Source: an uncultured Nitrospiraceae bacterium (GTDB lineage Bacteria; Nitrospirota; Thermodesulfovibrionia; Thermodesulfovibrionales; Dissulfurispiraceae). Taken from it: a stretch of DNA of 64,000 bases. Below are positions 50,104 to 59,625 of the stretch, in pieces. The position numbers and the translations under genes were made by a program. The notes under the pieces are model-generated. The model made no database searches. It was not told the origin of the DNA and saw only the letters and a program-made list of their open reading frames with translations. The stretch is from assembly GCA_963705105.1 (NCBI GenBank), contig CAVPIW010000009.1:128001-192000 (forward strand), read 5' to 3'. Within the stretch, counting starts at the first letter, position 1. Each line of letters begins with the position of its first letter.

Positions 50104-51756
50104 ATGGGCAAGCGGTTTTACCTGGCACTCATGGTTTTCTTCCTTGTCCTGGCGGTCGGACCTTACCAGTCCGCTTTCGGGGCCGCGGAAAAGAAGGCGG
50201 AGCCGAAAAAGGCGGCTGCGGAGAAGCAGGCTGATGTGAACGCCTGTTTCGGCTGCCATGCCGAGATCAAGGATTTTCACGCAAAGGGCAAGCACGCGAA
50301 AGTGAACTGCGTCAACTGTCACGCAGACCTGGACAAACACCTCAAGGACCCGTCGGCGAAGCCGGTGACAAAGATGGACCTCGCGACCTGCGGCACGTGT
50401 CATAAGGAGCAGTATGAATCCTTCGTCGCCATGAATCTCGAGTCGAAGGCGAGGGTGGAAAAGTCGACCTTCAAGAGCAGGTCTCCCCTCTTCGACAAGC
50501 TCATGATGCCCCACGGCTTCACGAAGGAGCATTCCGAGCCGAGGAGCCACGTCTTCATGCTCTTCGACCACCTCATCGTCGACAGGGCCTTCGGCGGGAG
50601 ATTCCAGCCCAAGGACTGGACGAAGATGATCGATGCAAAGGGCGCCGAGACGTCGCTCTGGACGGTCCTTGTCGACAAGGAACCGTCGAGCTCGGATCAA
50701 AAGGTCTTCATGCCGCAGACGGCCACGGCAGCCAACCCGGTCTGTCTCAACTGCAAGACCATGGACCACATTCTCAAGTGGAAGTACATGGGAGACAAGG
50801 ACCCCGCAGCGAAGTGGGACAGGACCTCCAAGGTCGTCGATTTCGTCAGGGACCTCAAACACCCCATCAATTGTTTCATGTGCCATGACCCTCATTCCAC
50901 CCAGCCGCGCGTCGTCCGCGACGCCCTCATCGAGGCCGTCGTCGACAGGGGCGAGGGCACCTACCCCTATGACAAGGAGAAGAGCAAGAAGACGACGATC
51001 AAGAAGGTCATGTTCCGCGACTTCAGGGCCATAGGGCTCCTCAGCCGGCCGGATTCGGTCTTGATGTGCGCCCAGTGTCACGTCGAGTACAACTGCAACC
51101 CGGGACATAACCCGGAGACGGGCGAGGCCGTCGGCATGGCGGACAGGAGGACGAACCTCTTCCAGTGGGTAAACGTCTTCGATTACAACAGGAAGATGGA
51201 GCAGTTCAAGTTCAAGGACTTCAAGCATGCCGTAACGGGCGCCTCCCTCTCCAAGATCCAGCACCCCGAGACGGAGACCTTCTGGGGGAGCAAGCACGAA
51301 CGGGCGGGAGTCGAGTGCAAGGACTGCCATATGCCGAAAGTGAAGAAGGGGGCCAAGTCTTACACCTGGCACGGCCAGCGCAGCGCGCGGTACATGAAGA
51401 AGGATACCTGCGTGAAGTGCCATCCCAAGTGGACGGACCAGGAGGCTGAGTACCAGATCGACGCCATCCAGAACTACATCCGCGGCAAGCTGAACAAGGC
51501 GGAGTTCTGGCTCGGCCAGTTCATCGATGCGTACGCAAAGGCGAAGAAGGCGGGCGTCCCCGAGGACACCCTCAAGGAGGCCCGGAAACTCCACGACACG
51601 GCCCAAACATACTGGGAATGGTGGACGGCGGAGAACTCCGACGGGTTCCACAATCCCGAAGCGGCGCGGGAATCGCTGACGCGCTCCATCGATGCGTCCC
51701 AGAAGGGCATCAAGCTCCTCACCGACGCCATGGCGCCGAAGGCTGCAGCGAAATAA
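50104..51756 (+). CDS. Octaheme cytochrome c nitrite reductase (NrfA family, ONR type)
   Basis: 7 CxxCH plus [34 protein letters not shown]. Confidence 0.9.
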   Translation: MGKRFYLALMVFFLVLAVGPYQSAFGAAEKKAEPKKAAAEKQADVNACFGCHAEIKDFHAKGKHAKVNCVNCHADLDKHLKDPSAKPVTKMDLATCGTCHKEQYESFVAMNLESKARVEKSTFKSRSPLFDKLMMPHGFTKEHSEPRSHVFMLFDHLIVDRAFGGRFQPKDWTKMIDAKGAETSLWTVLVDKEPSSSDQKVFMPQTATAANPVCLNCKTMDHILKWKYMGDKDPAAKWDRTSKVVDFVRDLKHPINCFMCHDPHSTQPRVVRDALIEAVVDRGEGTYPYDKEKSKKTTIKKVMFRDFRAIGLLSRPDSVLMCAQCHVEYNCNPGHNPETGEAVGMADRRTNLFQWVNVFDYNRKMEQFKFKDFKHAVTGASLSKIQHPETETFWGSKHERAGVECKDCHMPKVKKGAKSYTWHGQRSARYMKKDTCVKCHPKWTDQEAEYQIDAIQNYIRGKLNKAEFWLGQFIDAYAKAKKAGVPEDTLKEARKLHDTAQTYWEWWTAENSDGFHNPEAARESLTRSIDASQKGIKLLTDAMAPKAAAK

Positions 51757-51933
51757 TCAATCGAAAAGAGGCGGGGCCTGTCCCCGCCTCGATCGCTTCT
51801 GTCGGTCTGCCTGCGCGTCTGAGCCCGCCGGTTGCACAATGAAGTTTTTTTGACTGCCGACTCCCGACAATCGACTCAGTCCTGACCGACACAGACGCCG
51901 ACGCTATCAAATGAAGTACAATAAGAAGCCTCC

Positions 51934-54900
51934 ATGCTCATGAAGCCGGAACATCGATTCTTCATCGCCATTGTGCTCGGGTCTGTCGCGGTACTTGCAC
52001 TGCTCGCTCACATCCTTCTGCCCGTTTTCATCGATTCCGATGCGCTCAAGAGTGCAATCGAGAAAGCCCTGCTCGGGGGGACCGCCGGGCAGGTCAGCTA
52101 CAGAAACCTCACCGTCGGCCTCCTCCCCTACCCGAACCTGTCCGTCACACGGGCGCGCATCAGCATCCCCGGTGAGGCCGAGGGATCGATCCAAAAGGTC
52201 ACCGTCGCCCCAAGAATTCTTCCCCTTCTGTCCGGAAAAATTCAAATACGCTCTCTGAGTCTTGACCGTCCTGTCTTCCGCGTCCATCTCCCCGAAGAGG
52301 ACGAGGAACCTCTGACGCGTGACGCCCTGGAGCGGAAGCTCCGCAATGTGCTCGGTCTCCTGTCCGCCAGAGTACCCCGCGCATCCCTCTCCATCTCCGG
52401 CGGAGACATTGAACTGTACAGGACGAAAAAACGGCTTGTCGCACTCCGTGACATGGATGCGGATCTCCGGTTACCGCCGGAATACCTAACCATACGCCTT
52501 TCGTGCAAACCTGAACCGTCAGGACAGGTCGTCCTGGATCTCCGGCTGAACGCGCAGGACCTGTCGGCGGAAGGGCACCTGTCGGCGACGGACATCCCCT
52601 ATCACGATATGTTGAAAGATCATCTCCCGTCAGGCCGTTGGAAGATCGGCAGGGCGACGGGAGACGTGGAGGTGAAATTCAGCTCAAAGGGCATGCAGGC
52701 CGTCACAGCGGTCATCACGGCAAAGAACCCTCACCTCGATCTGACAGGCGGTGAGGAGGGCGTGACGATACGCGGGATCATCCTCAGGAGCGCCGTTCAC
52801 GTCAGCGGTGACGATGTGTCGGTCACCGTTGATGAACTGGATCTTCAGGAACCGTCCCTCAGGGTTGCAGGGCGACTGATCTCCGATGCTCAGGGATCGC
52901 GCCTCGAACTGAACGGAGCGGACGTCGATGTGCAGGCTGTCCGGACCGCAGCGTTGTCCCTGGCGGCAGACGTGCCGGCGACGCAGAACATCTTCCGCAT
53001 CCTCAGGGGAGGACAGGTGCCGCGAATCAGCTTTAAGACCGACGGCCCTTCGATCTCCGCCCTGGGCGCGACGGAAAACATCTGGATCGAGGGGTCCCTG
53101 AGGAACGGGAAAATCTCCGTCCCCGACGCAAAGCTCGACATGGACGAGGTGAACGGAGAAGCCCTGATATCGGGCGGCATCCTGAAGGGAACGAAGCTGC
53201 GGGCCCGTCTCGGGACCGCCCTCGGCAGCGACGGGACACTTCGACTGGGACTCAAAGGTGAAGATGCCCCCTTCCATCTCGACATCCGCGTCGAGACCGG
53301 CATGACGGAACTGCATGCCCGCCTGATGCAGTTCGCCAGGGATCCGGCATTCAGGCAGGAACTGACCCTCATCAGACCTCTGTCGGGCAAAGTGCGGGGA
53401 AGGCTGATCCTCGGCGACAGCCTCCTGACGATGGAACCGGTTGTGCATGCGGAGGCATTTGATGTCGCCGCCGCATATGACCGTGTTCCCTATGCACTGG
53501 CGGCACAGGGAGACACAGTATCCTACACGGGCAAATCCCTGACCGTCGGAAACGTGAAGGCTTCGATCGGCAAGTCATCCTTCAGCGGCGTTTCAGCCAC
53601 CTTCGGTCTGAGCGGAAAGAAGGCCTTTTCCCTTTCGACGGGTCCCTCGTCCGTCAGTTGCTCCGAGATCTTCCGCTGGATTTCTGCAGAATGGGCGAAG
53701 GATCTTCCCGTGAAAAATCTGACCGGCAGGATCAGAATCGACGAGGGTCACGTTGAGGGGGAAATCGACACACCCGGGAAATGGCGCTATGATCTGAAGG
53801 GCACGGCCGAAGAGGTGACAGTCGACGCGGAGGACCTGCCCTCCGCCCTGACCCTTGTCAGCGGGGCGTTTCACGCCGACAATGCATCGCTCCGGTTTAC
53901 GGATGCAGCGATCCGCAGCGACGATTCCTCACTGAAACTGACGGGCCTCTTCAACGGTTACCGGGACGGGCTACAGGGCGTGGATATCAAAACAGAAGGG
54001 ACCCTGGGAGAGGAGTCGACGGCCTGGATCGAAAAGACCATCGGTATGCCGGCTGCGTTCCGTCTTCACGGGCCATTGACGTTCACGCCCAGCCGCATTG
54101 CATGGGAACGGGACGAGAGCGCGGTCTTTGACGGATCATTCGTTGTGAGGGGTGGTCCGCAGGTCAGGCTCGATGTCGCATGGCAACCGGAGCGCCTTGC
54201 CGTTAAGACACTCGCGATCCGTGACGGGCAATCCGATGCGCGCCTATCCGTCGATCACAGCGGGGATTCTCTCAATTTCTCCTTCGCGGGACTGCTCACC
54301 GGGAAAACCGTCGATGCCCTCCTGCAGGAAAACCCTTATCTCACGGGGAAGATCAAGGGAGACCTGAAAACCCGCATCCCCTGGGGAGACTACCAGTCCG
54401 CCTCGGTGACGGGGAAGATCGAGGGGGACGGCATCGTCCTTCCTGCGGGTAAGGACATCAGGACGTCCATCGACTCGATCGCCGCGGAGGGGTCCGGCGG
54501 GAGCATCTCCGTTTCTTCGGCAAGGATCACCGTGAACGAAAAACCGGTCTCCCTGAGCGGCAGCATCAGCGCTTCTGAAAGAGGGTTCGTCACCGACCTG
54601 GATGTTTCGACCCCCGCCATCAACTGGAAGGAAGTACAACACCTCTTTTCCGCGGAGAGAAATCAGGTGAACGCCTCCGGGGACAAGAGAACGAAAATCC
54701 CTCCCGTCCTCGGAACGGTGCGGTTCAGCACCGGCAGGGCGACCTTCGGCTGGCTCGATGTGGCCCCCCTGAAGGCATCGGTTTTCATGGATGAAGAGCA
54801 TACCCGCATCAGGACCGCTGAGGCTGTCGTCTGCGGACTCTCCGTCACCGGCGGCGCCGATGTCGGTTCCTCCGGGATCTCCTTCGACGCCGTCATCGAT

Positions 54901-55539
54901 GCAAAGGGCGCCGATCTCCACAGGACCGTCACCTGCCTCTCCAGGGAGAAGTCCGATATGATCGGCACATTCGATCTCTCGGCCCGCCTGAAAGGATCGG
55001 GCAAGGCCGATGAGCTGGCCCGTTCCCTGCGGGGTGACCTGATCTTCGAGACAAACAGGGGAAGGATCATCGCTTCACAGGTCCTGTCGCGCGTGCTGGC
55101 CCTTCTCAGCGTGACCGAGGTCTTCAGGGGCAGGATCCCCGGCCTGGGCGGCAATGGGCTGGAATATAACTCTTTCACAATAAGGGGCAACATCGGGGAC
55201 GGCAATCTCATTATCACGGAGGGAATCATGGACGGAAAAACGCTGGATATCGTCGGCACGGGGACGGTCGGTCTCGTGGAGGGCGACCTTGATATCCTGA
55301 TCCTGGCGGCGCCGCTCAAAACAGTCAACGCCGTCATCGATAAAATACCGATCATCAGGGAACTCCTCGGCGGGACGGTCCTGTCCGTCCCCATAAAGGT
55401 GACCGGCTCTTACGGAGACCCTCAAACCGCCCTCGCCCATCCCACAGCCGCGACGGGACTCGCCGGTCTCCTGATAAAGACCGTCACCCTGCCCGTCAAA
55501 ATTCTCGATCTCCTCACGCCGGACCGGAAATCCCCGTAA
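51934..55539 (+). CDS. AsmA-like protein
   Basis: N-terminal TM, repeating beta content, C-terminal G..PQ AsmA_2-like region. Confidence 0.8.
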   Translation: MLMKPEHRFFIAIVLGSVAVLALLAHILLPVFIDSDALKSAIEKALLGGTAGQVSYRNLTVGLLPYPNLSVTRARISIPGEAEGSIQKVTVAPRILPLLSGKIQIRSLSLDRPVFRVHLPEEDEEPLTRDALERKLRNVLGLLSARVPRASLSISGGDIELYRTKKRLVALRDMDADLRLPPEYLTIRLSCKPEPSGQVVLDLRLNAQDLSAEGHLSATDIPYHDMLKDHLPSGRWKIGRATGDVEVKFSSKGMQAVTAVITAKNPHLDLTGGEEGVTIRGIILRSAVHVSGDDVSVTVDELDLQEPSLRVAGRLISDAQGSRLELNGADVDVQAVRTAALSLAADVPATQNIFRILRGGQVPRISFKTDGPSISALGATENIWIEGSLRNGKISVPDAKLDMDEVNGEALISGGILKGTKLRARLGTALGSDGTLRLGLKGEDAPFHLDIRVETGMTELHARLMQFARDPAFRQELTLIRPLSGKVRGRLILGDSLLTMEPVVHAEAFDVAAAYDRVPYALAAQGDTVSYTGKSLTVGNVKASIGKSSFSGVSATFGLSGKKAFSLSTGPSSVSCSEIFRWISAEWAKDLPVKNLTGRIRIDEGHVEGEIDTPGKWRYDLKGTAEEVTVDAEDLPSALTLVSGAFHADNASLRFTDAAIRSDDSSLKLTGLFNGYRDGLQGVDIKTEGTLGEESTAWIEKTIGMPAAFRLHGPLTFTPSRIAWERDESAVFDGSFVVRGGPQVRLDVAWQPERLAVKTLAIRDGQSDARLSVDHSGDSLNFSFAGLLTGKTVDALLQENPYLTGKIKGDLKTRIPWGDYQSASVTGKIEGDGIVLPAGKDIRTSIDSIAAEGSGGSISVSSARITVNEKPVSLSGSISASERGFVTDLDVSTPAINWKEVQHLFSAERNQVNASGDKRTKIPPVLGTVRFSTGRATFGWLDVAPLKASVFMDEEHTRIRTAEAVVCGLSVTGGADVGSSGISFDAVIDAKGADLHRTVTCLSREKSDMIGTFDLSARLKGSGKADELARSLRGDLIFETNRGRIIASQVLSRVLALLSVTEVFRGRIPGLGGNGLEYNSFTIRGNIGDGNLIITEGIMDGKTLDIVGTGTVGLVEGDLDILILAAPLKTVNAVIDKIPIIRELLGGTVLSVPIKVTGSYGDPQTALAHPTAATGLAGLLIKTVTLPVKILDLLTPDRKSP

Positions 55540-55602
55540 CAAAATCACCATAATGACAGTGCCAGCGCGAGTGTCAATGTCGGTTCAATGAAAAAGACTT
55601 AA

Positions 55603-55806
55603 CCGTGTCGTTGCATAAGCCCACCGGAGAGGCGGGGCGTATGCGCCGAAAACCTTGCTGCGGCGACTCCTGTATCATAACGAAAGACGAGCTATACGCC
55701 AATGGTCGATGACACAAAGAGCGGAATCCTGAATGACGAACCTGACGAGGCTCATCGTCGCCTTCAGCAAGGCTTTGAGGCGCTTCGCGCCGCCTTTTCA
55801 TGCAAC
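55603..55806 (-). repeat. MITE-like repeat, subfamily B (inverted)
   Basis: Reverse-complement match to 27106-27310. Confidence 0.85.
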
Positions 55807-56072
55807 AGATAAAGTTAACCTGTCCGCCTGCACAACGAAGGCAGATGCGTGAAACGATAAGGGTTAAAGTGACTACCGGCAAAAGTGAATGATTATCCAT
55901 GCTCACGTAACACCCTGAATTTATGATATTGTTTCGGGCAAGCCGCTATCGGCCACAAGAAACATGTCCCGCGACCCATACAATCGCCCCATATCCGGCA
56001 GGGGGAGGAGAAGTTCACCAGGGACAGGTTCTTGCTCACATTTTCAGCCAGTTACGTCCTCACCGGAGTGTT

Positions 56073-56087
56073 TGGCATCTTTCTTGA
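56073..56087 (+). promoter_or_regulatory. sigma54-like promoter (TTGA variant)
   Basis: TGGCAT-ctttc-TTGA about 56 bp upstream of ATG 56144. Confidence 0.45.
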
Positions 56088-56143
56088 ATGGAAAGTCCCG
56101 TCTGAAGATCTGAAGACAATAGATCGAAGATCAGGGAGGTAAC

Positions 56144-57221
56144 ATGAGAAAAAGAGCATTCAGCATCCTTATTGTCCTGTGTCTTATCATGGGACTGGCC
56201 GGCAGCGCCTTCGCAGTCAGCAGCTATGTGACGCCCCTTTCGAACCTGTATGGCGTCAGCGCCTGCACCACCTGCCACACCTCTGTCCCGGCATTGAATG
56301 CCTACGGGCAGCAGTTCGCAGCAGTGCCCAATCACAGCGCAAACGCGACAGCGGCATTGACCCAGATCGGGCCGCCTCCGGGAGTAACACCACCACCGCC
56401 GCCGCCACCGGCAGCCTGCACCTATACATATTCTGCATGGGGCGCCTGTGACGCCGGAGGCACGCAGACAAGAACGGTGATCTCCTCGACACCGGCGGGA
56501 TGCACGGGCACTCCTGTGCTGAATCAGGCCTGTACACCACCGGCTCCGACGCCGACGCCGACGCCAACCCCGACGCCGACGCCAACGCCGACGCCAACCC
56601 CGACGCCGACGCCGACCCCAACACCGACCCCGACTCCTGCTCCTGAGCCTCCGCCCGTAGGCGCCAAGATGCTCGTGCCGACGCAGAAGGCGGTGTTCTT
56701 CCATTCGCCCGTCGTTGAGCCGCTTCTCAGTGACACCCCGAGCGCCGCGAAGCCCATAGGAATCGGGCCAGTAGCCATCAGGCGGCGACACACTGGAGAT
56801 CAGGCTCGGACTGGCCGACTTTGCGGGGCCTGTCGACATCTCCTTTGGGATCTATGCGCTTGCCGTCGATCCCATCGATGTCTTCTTCCTGGATAACCGG
56901 AAGAGCTTCAATCGCATTTCACGGAGCCTCCTCGAGGCCGCCCTCGATGTGAACACCGCCGCAAGGACAGGTGCAGGCAGAGAAGACGAAGATGATGATG
57001 GCGACGTTGATGAAGACGATGACGATGAGAAAGTGAAGAACGAAGCGCACAAGCGGATGGTGTGGATGTCCGGTGTCACATCTCTCGATGAGAGCATCTT
57101 CGGAGCGATACCGGTCGACAATCTGCCCGAAGGGCTCTACACACTGTTGCTCAAGGTGTCGCCTGCAGGCAGGCAGAACGCCTATTACCTTTGGGCTACG
57201 GCCTTTGTGATCAACAAGTGA
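56144..57221 (+). CDS. Secreted monoheme cytochrome c + TSP1-like module + (PT)15 linker + domain 'X'; +1 frameshift at ~56777-56780
   Basis: RBS ggagg, signal peptide, [23 protein letters not shown]; after one extra base the frame continues [20 protein letters not shown]...[12 protein letters not shown]. Confidence 0.8.
56546..56635 (+). repeat. Coding hexamer repeat (Pro-Thr)15
   Basis: ccg/a-acN x15. Confidence 0.95.
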
Positions 57222-57244
57222 AGAGACAGTAAAGATTGGAACAG

Positions 57245-57277
57245 CAGAGAGGGGGCCCCAGGGCCCCCTCTCTGTTT
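57245..57277 (+). terminator. Rho-independent terminator
   Basis: cagagagggggcc-ccag-ggccccctctctg then ttt. Confidence 0.75.
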
Positions 57278-57344
57278 GTGACCCCAGGGCTCTATCGCTA
57301 TTTCAACTGCCGGGATTCAACCGGATCAAGTACCCCACACGTTA

Positions 57345-57525
57345 CCTTATCGTTGCAATACACGCCCGGGAAATGCGGGGCGTATGCGGCGAAAACCTTG
57401 CTGCGGCGACACCTTAACCGTCCCATGAGAATCATTTCAGGCCGACGGTTAAAGAAGTGAATCTTATACTGACACTCACACTGACACTGTTTTTCAGAGC
57501 GCTTCGCCCCGCATTTCCATGCAAC
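57345..57525 (-). repeat. MITE-like repeat, subfamily A (inverted)
   Basis: ccttatcgttgca...ctgtttttcagagcgcttcgccccgc..tgcaac. Confidence 0.88.
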
Positions 57526-57539
57526 AAGGGTTATTCAGT

Positions 57540-59306
57540 TCACGCATCCGGAGAGTCCTTCCGCCCCTCATTCTCGGGCTTTACGCCTTCCTTCTCCAGC
57601 CTCTCCGCAGGCGCGTCGAACCAGTGTTCCTTCGGGACGAAGGTGGCCTTGCTCCGATCAGCCTCATAGTGCGGCGACATGATCTGGACGCCGTACTCAT
57701 TGAAGGCGTCCTGGATGTTCTTGTGAAGAGCGGAATAGAGACGATTCATTCCTTCGGTCTTGTCGGTGTAGACGTTGAGCTCGTATGACACAAAAAAGTC
57801 GTCGAGCGATGTCTGGAGGACGAAGGGCTCCGGCTGCCTCAGCAGGCCCGGTGTCCGGTCCGCCGCCAGCAGCAGCAGGCCATGCACCTGACGCCACGGA
57901 GTGTCGTAGCCGATGGTGACGGAGGTGTGGAGGATGAGCCCCTTCTCCTTCGCCAGGGTGCTGTAATTGATCACGGCGCTGTTCAGGATGACGCCGTTCG
58001 GCACGGCGACCTCCTCGTTCTTGACGGTCCGCAGGCGCGTGACGGCCATCTTCATTTCCGTCACATCGCCGACGATGTCGCCGATCTTCACCCTGTCGCC
58101 GATCTTGAAGACCCTCCGGTACGTCAGCGCAACGCCTGCAATGACATTGGCGATCGCCGACTGGGACCCCAGAGAGAACAGAATGCCGACGAATATCGAT
58201 ATGCCCTTGAATGCAGGGGTATCCGAACCGGGTATATAGGGAAAGGCGATGACGGCGACGAAGGCGAGGACGACGAAACGGGCAAGCCTGTATGTCTGCT
58301 GCGCCCATTCGGGATAGAACCCCGCGATTGTGATGGTCCCCTTCTCGACGCCGGAAAAGAAGATCTGCATGAGCTTAAAGACATACCGCGTGATGACGAT
58401 GAGGACGGCCAGGAATATGACGTTCGGGATATGGGCGAGGATGCCGTTGCCGATCACCTTCAGCGGGATGAGCACATATCCGAGAAGTTTTGCCGAAATA
58501 GGCCTCGTCCACGGAAAGAAGCTCAGAACGGTATTGAGGAATACATACACGGCAAGGACGATCAGGGTTATGCGGATCAGGCGGACAGCCGATACGAGAA
58601 GCTCTGCGAGTCGTTCCGCCTGCACGAGTTCGAGGGATTTGATATGGATCGAGCCGATCCTTGCCTTGTACCTGGTTTCGATGACACTATCGATCTTTCT
58701 GAAGAGCTTCCTTATGACAACGATGGCAGCAAAGAGAACCAGGGCCGCAATGACTGTATAGAGCGCGCCGTAGAGGATGCTTTCACGACTGTAGGATTTC
58801 CTGTAATTATCGACTGCGCTCCTGATCTTCTGCGCGTATTCCAACGCGAGATCGGGCCTCGCACGGCCAACTGCACGGGCATCCCCGTCTGTGACAGCGA
58901 GGACGTGCTTGTCTCCAAACAAAATATCACTGCTGATATCGGACTCTTCGATGATGATTGCGCCGGGATCGAGTGTATAGTCTTCGGCATACCTGTGCAG
59001 GCGCTTGCCGATCTCCTTTGCGCGTTCCTCGGGCGTGTACCCCTTTATGCCGCTGTAAATGAGCAGGACTTCCCTGTCCTCGAGTATGACAGGCACACCT
59101 TTTGTTTTTTCCTCCTCCCGCGGCTGTGCAGTCACATCTTTCTGGGGGGCATACCTTCTTGCGGCCTCAAGGGGCCCATGAGGGACAGCCGTCACTATGA
59201 TACAGACGATCAGAACCCGCAACAGGACCGCACTCGCTACAGACATCCATTCTGTCGTTCTCATCACGATCCTCCTTCGCCGGCGTGTGTCCGTCATTAT
59301 ACCCAA
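57540..59306 (-). CDS. MscS-family mechanosensitive channel
   Basis: SLGSQSAIAN.IAG, FKIGDRVKIGD..GDV, VPN, V.IGYD.PW, FNEYGVQIMSP; start uncertain. Confidence 0.92.
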   Translation of the reverse strand: MGIMTDTRRRRRIVMRTTEWMSVASAVLLRVLIVCIIVTAVPHGPLEAARRYAPQKDVTAQPREEEKTKGVPVILEDREVLLIYSGIKGYTPEERAKEIGKRLHRYAEDYTLDPGAIIIEESDISSDILFGDKHVLAVTDGDARAVGRARPDLALEYAQKIRSAVDNYRKSYSRESILYGALYTVIAALVLFAAIVVIRKLFRKIDSVIETRYKARIGSIHIKSLELVQAERLAELLVSAVRLIRITLIVLAVYVFLNTVLSFFPWTRPISAKLLGYVLIPLKVIGNGILAHIPNVIFLAVLIVITRYVFKLMQIFFSGVEKGTITIAGFYPEWAQQTYRLARFVVLAFVAVIAFPYIPGSDTPAFKGISIFVGILFSLGSQSAIANVIAGVALTYRRVFKIGDRVKIGDIVGDVTEMKMAVTRLRTVKNEEVAVPNGVILNSAVINYSTLAKEKGLILHTSVTIGYDTPWRQVHGLLLLAADRTPGLLRQPEPFVLQTSLDDFFVSYELNVYTDKTEGMNRLYSALHKNIQDAFNEYGVQIMSPHYEADRSKATFVPKEHWFDAPAERLEKEGVKPENEGRKDSPDA

Positions 59307-59385
59307 ACCTTCATCCTGCAGGGAACAAAGAAGAAATCAATGAAAGACAATTTTCTGGTGAAGACGCCAATTTGAGTCCCTATCT

Positions 59386-59444
59386 GTCATCCCGGCTCGT
59401 CCGGGATCCCTCTTAAAGAAAGATTCCCGACAAGCGGGAATGAC
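59386..59444. repeat. REP-like double-hairpin palindrome
   Basis: gtcatcccggctcgtccgggatc...gattcccgacaagcgggaatgac. Confidence 0.7.
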
Positions 59445-59625
59445 GTGAAAGGGAGAGGGCACCAAAATATGGCTACCGGCTCCTTCAACGACACTGTCAC
59501 TGACACTATTATTCATCTGATATAATGGACGAGCGGAAAGGGGAATAAAGGCTTTGCGTGAGAAAGCAGTTTATGCAGTGGCATGGTATGCAACTCCACG
59601 AGGACTATGACGCAAGGAGGGGAAC

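Noticed and set aside
59579..59593. sigma54 promoter for the glucosidase
   Set aside because: TGGCAT..TGC spacing is GG-N8-GC rather than N10
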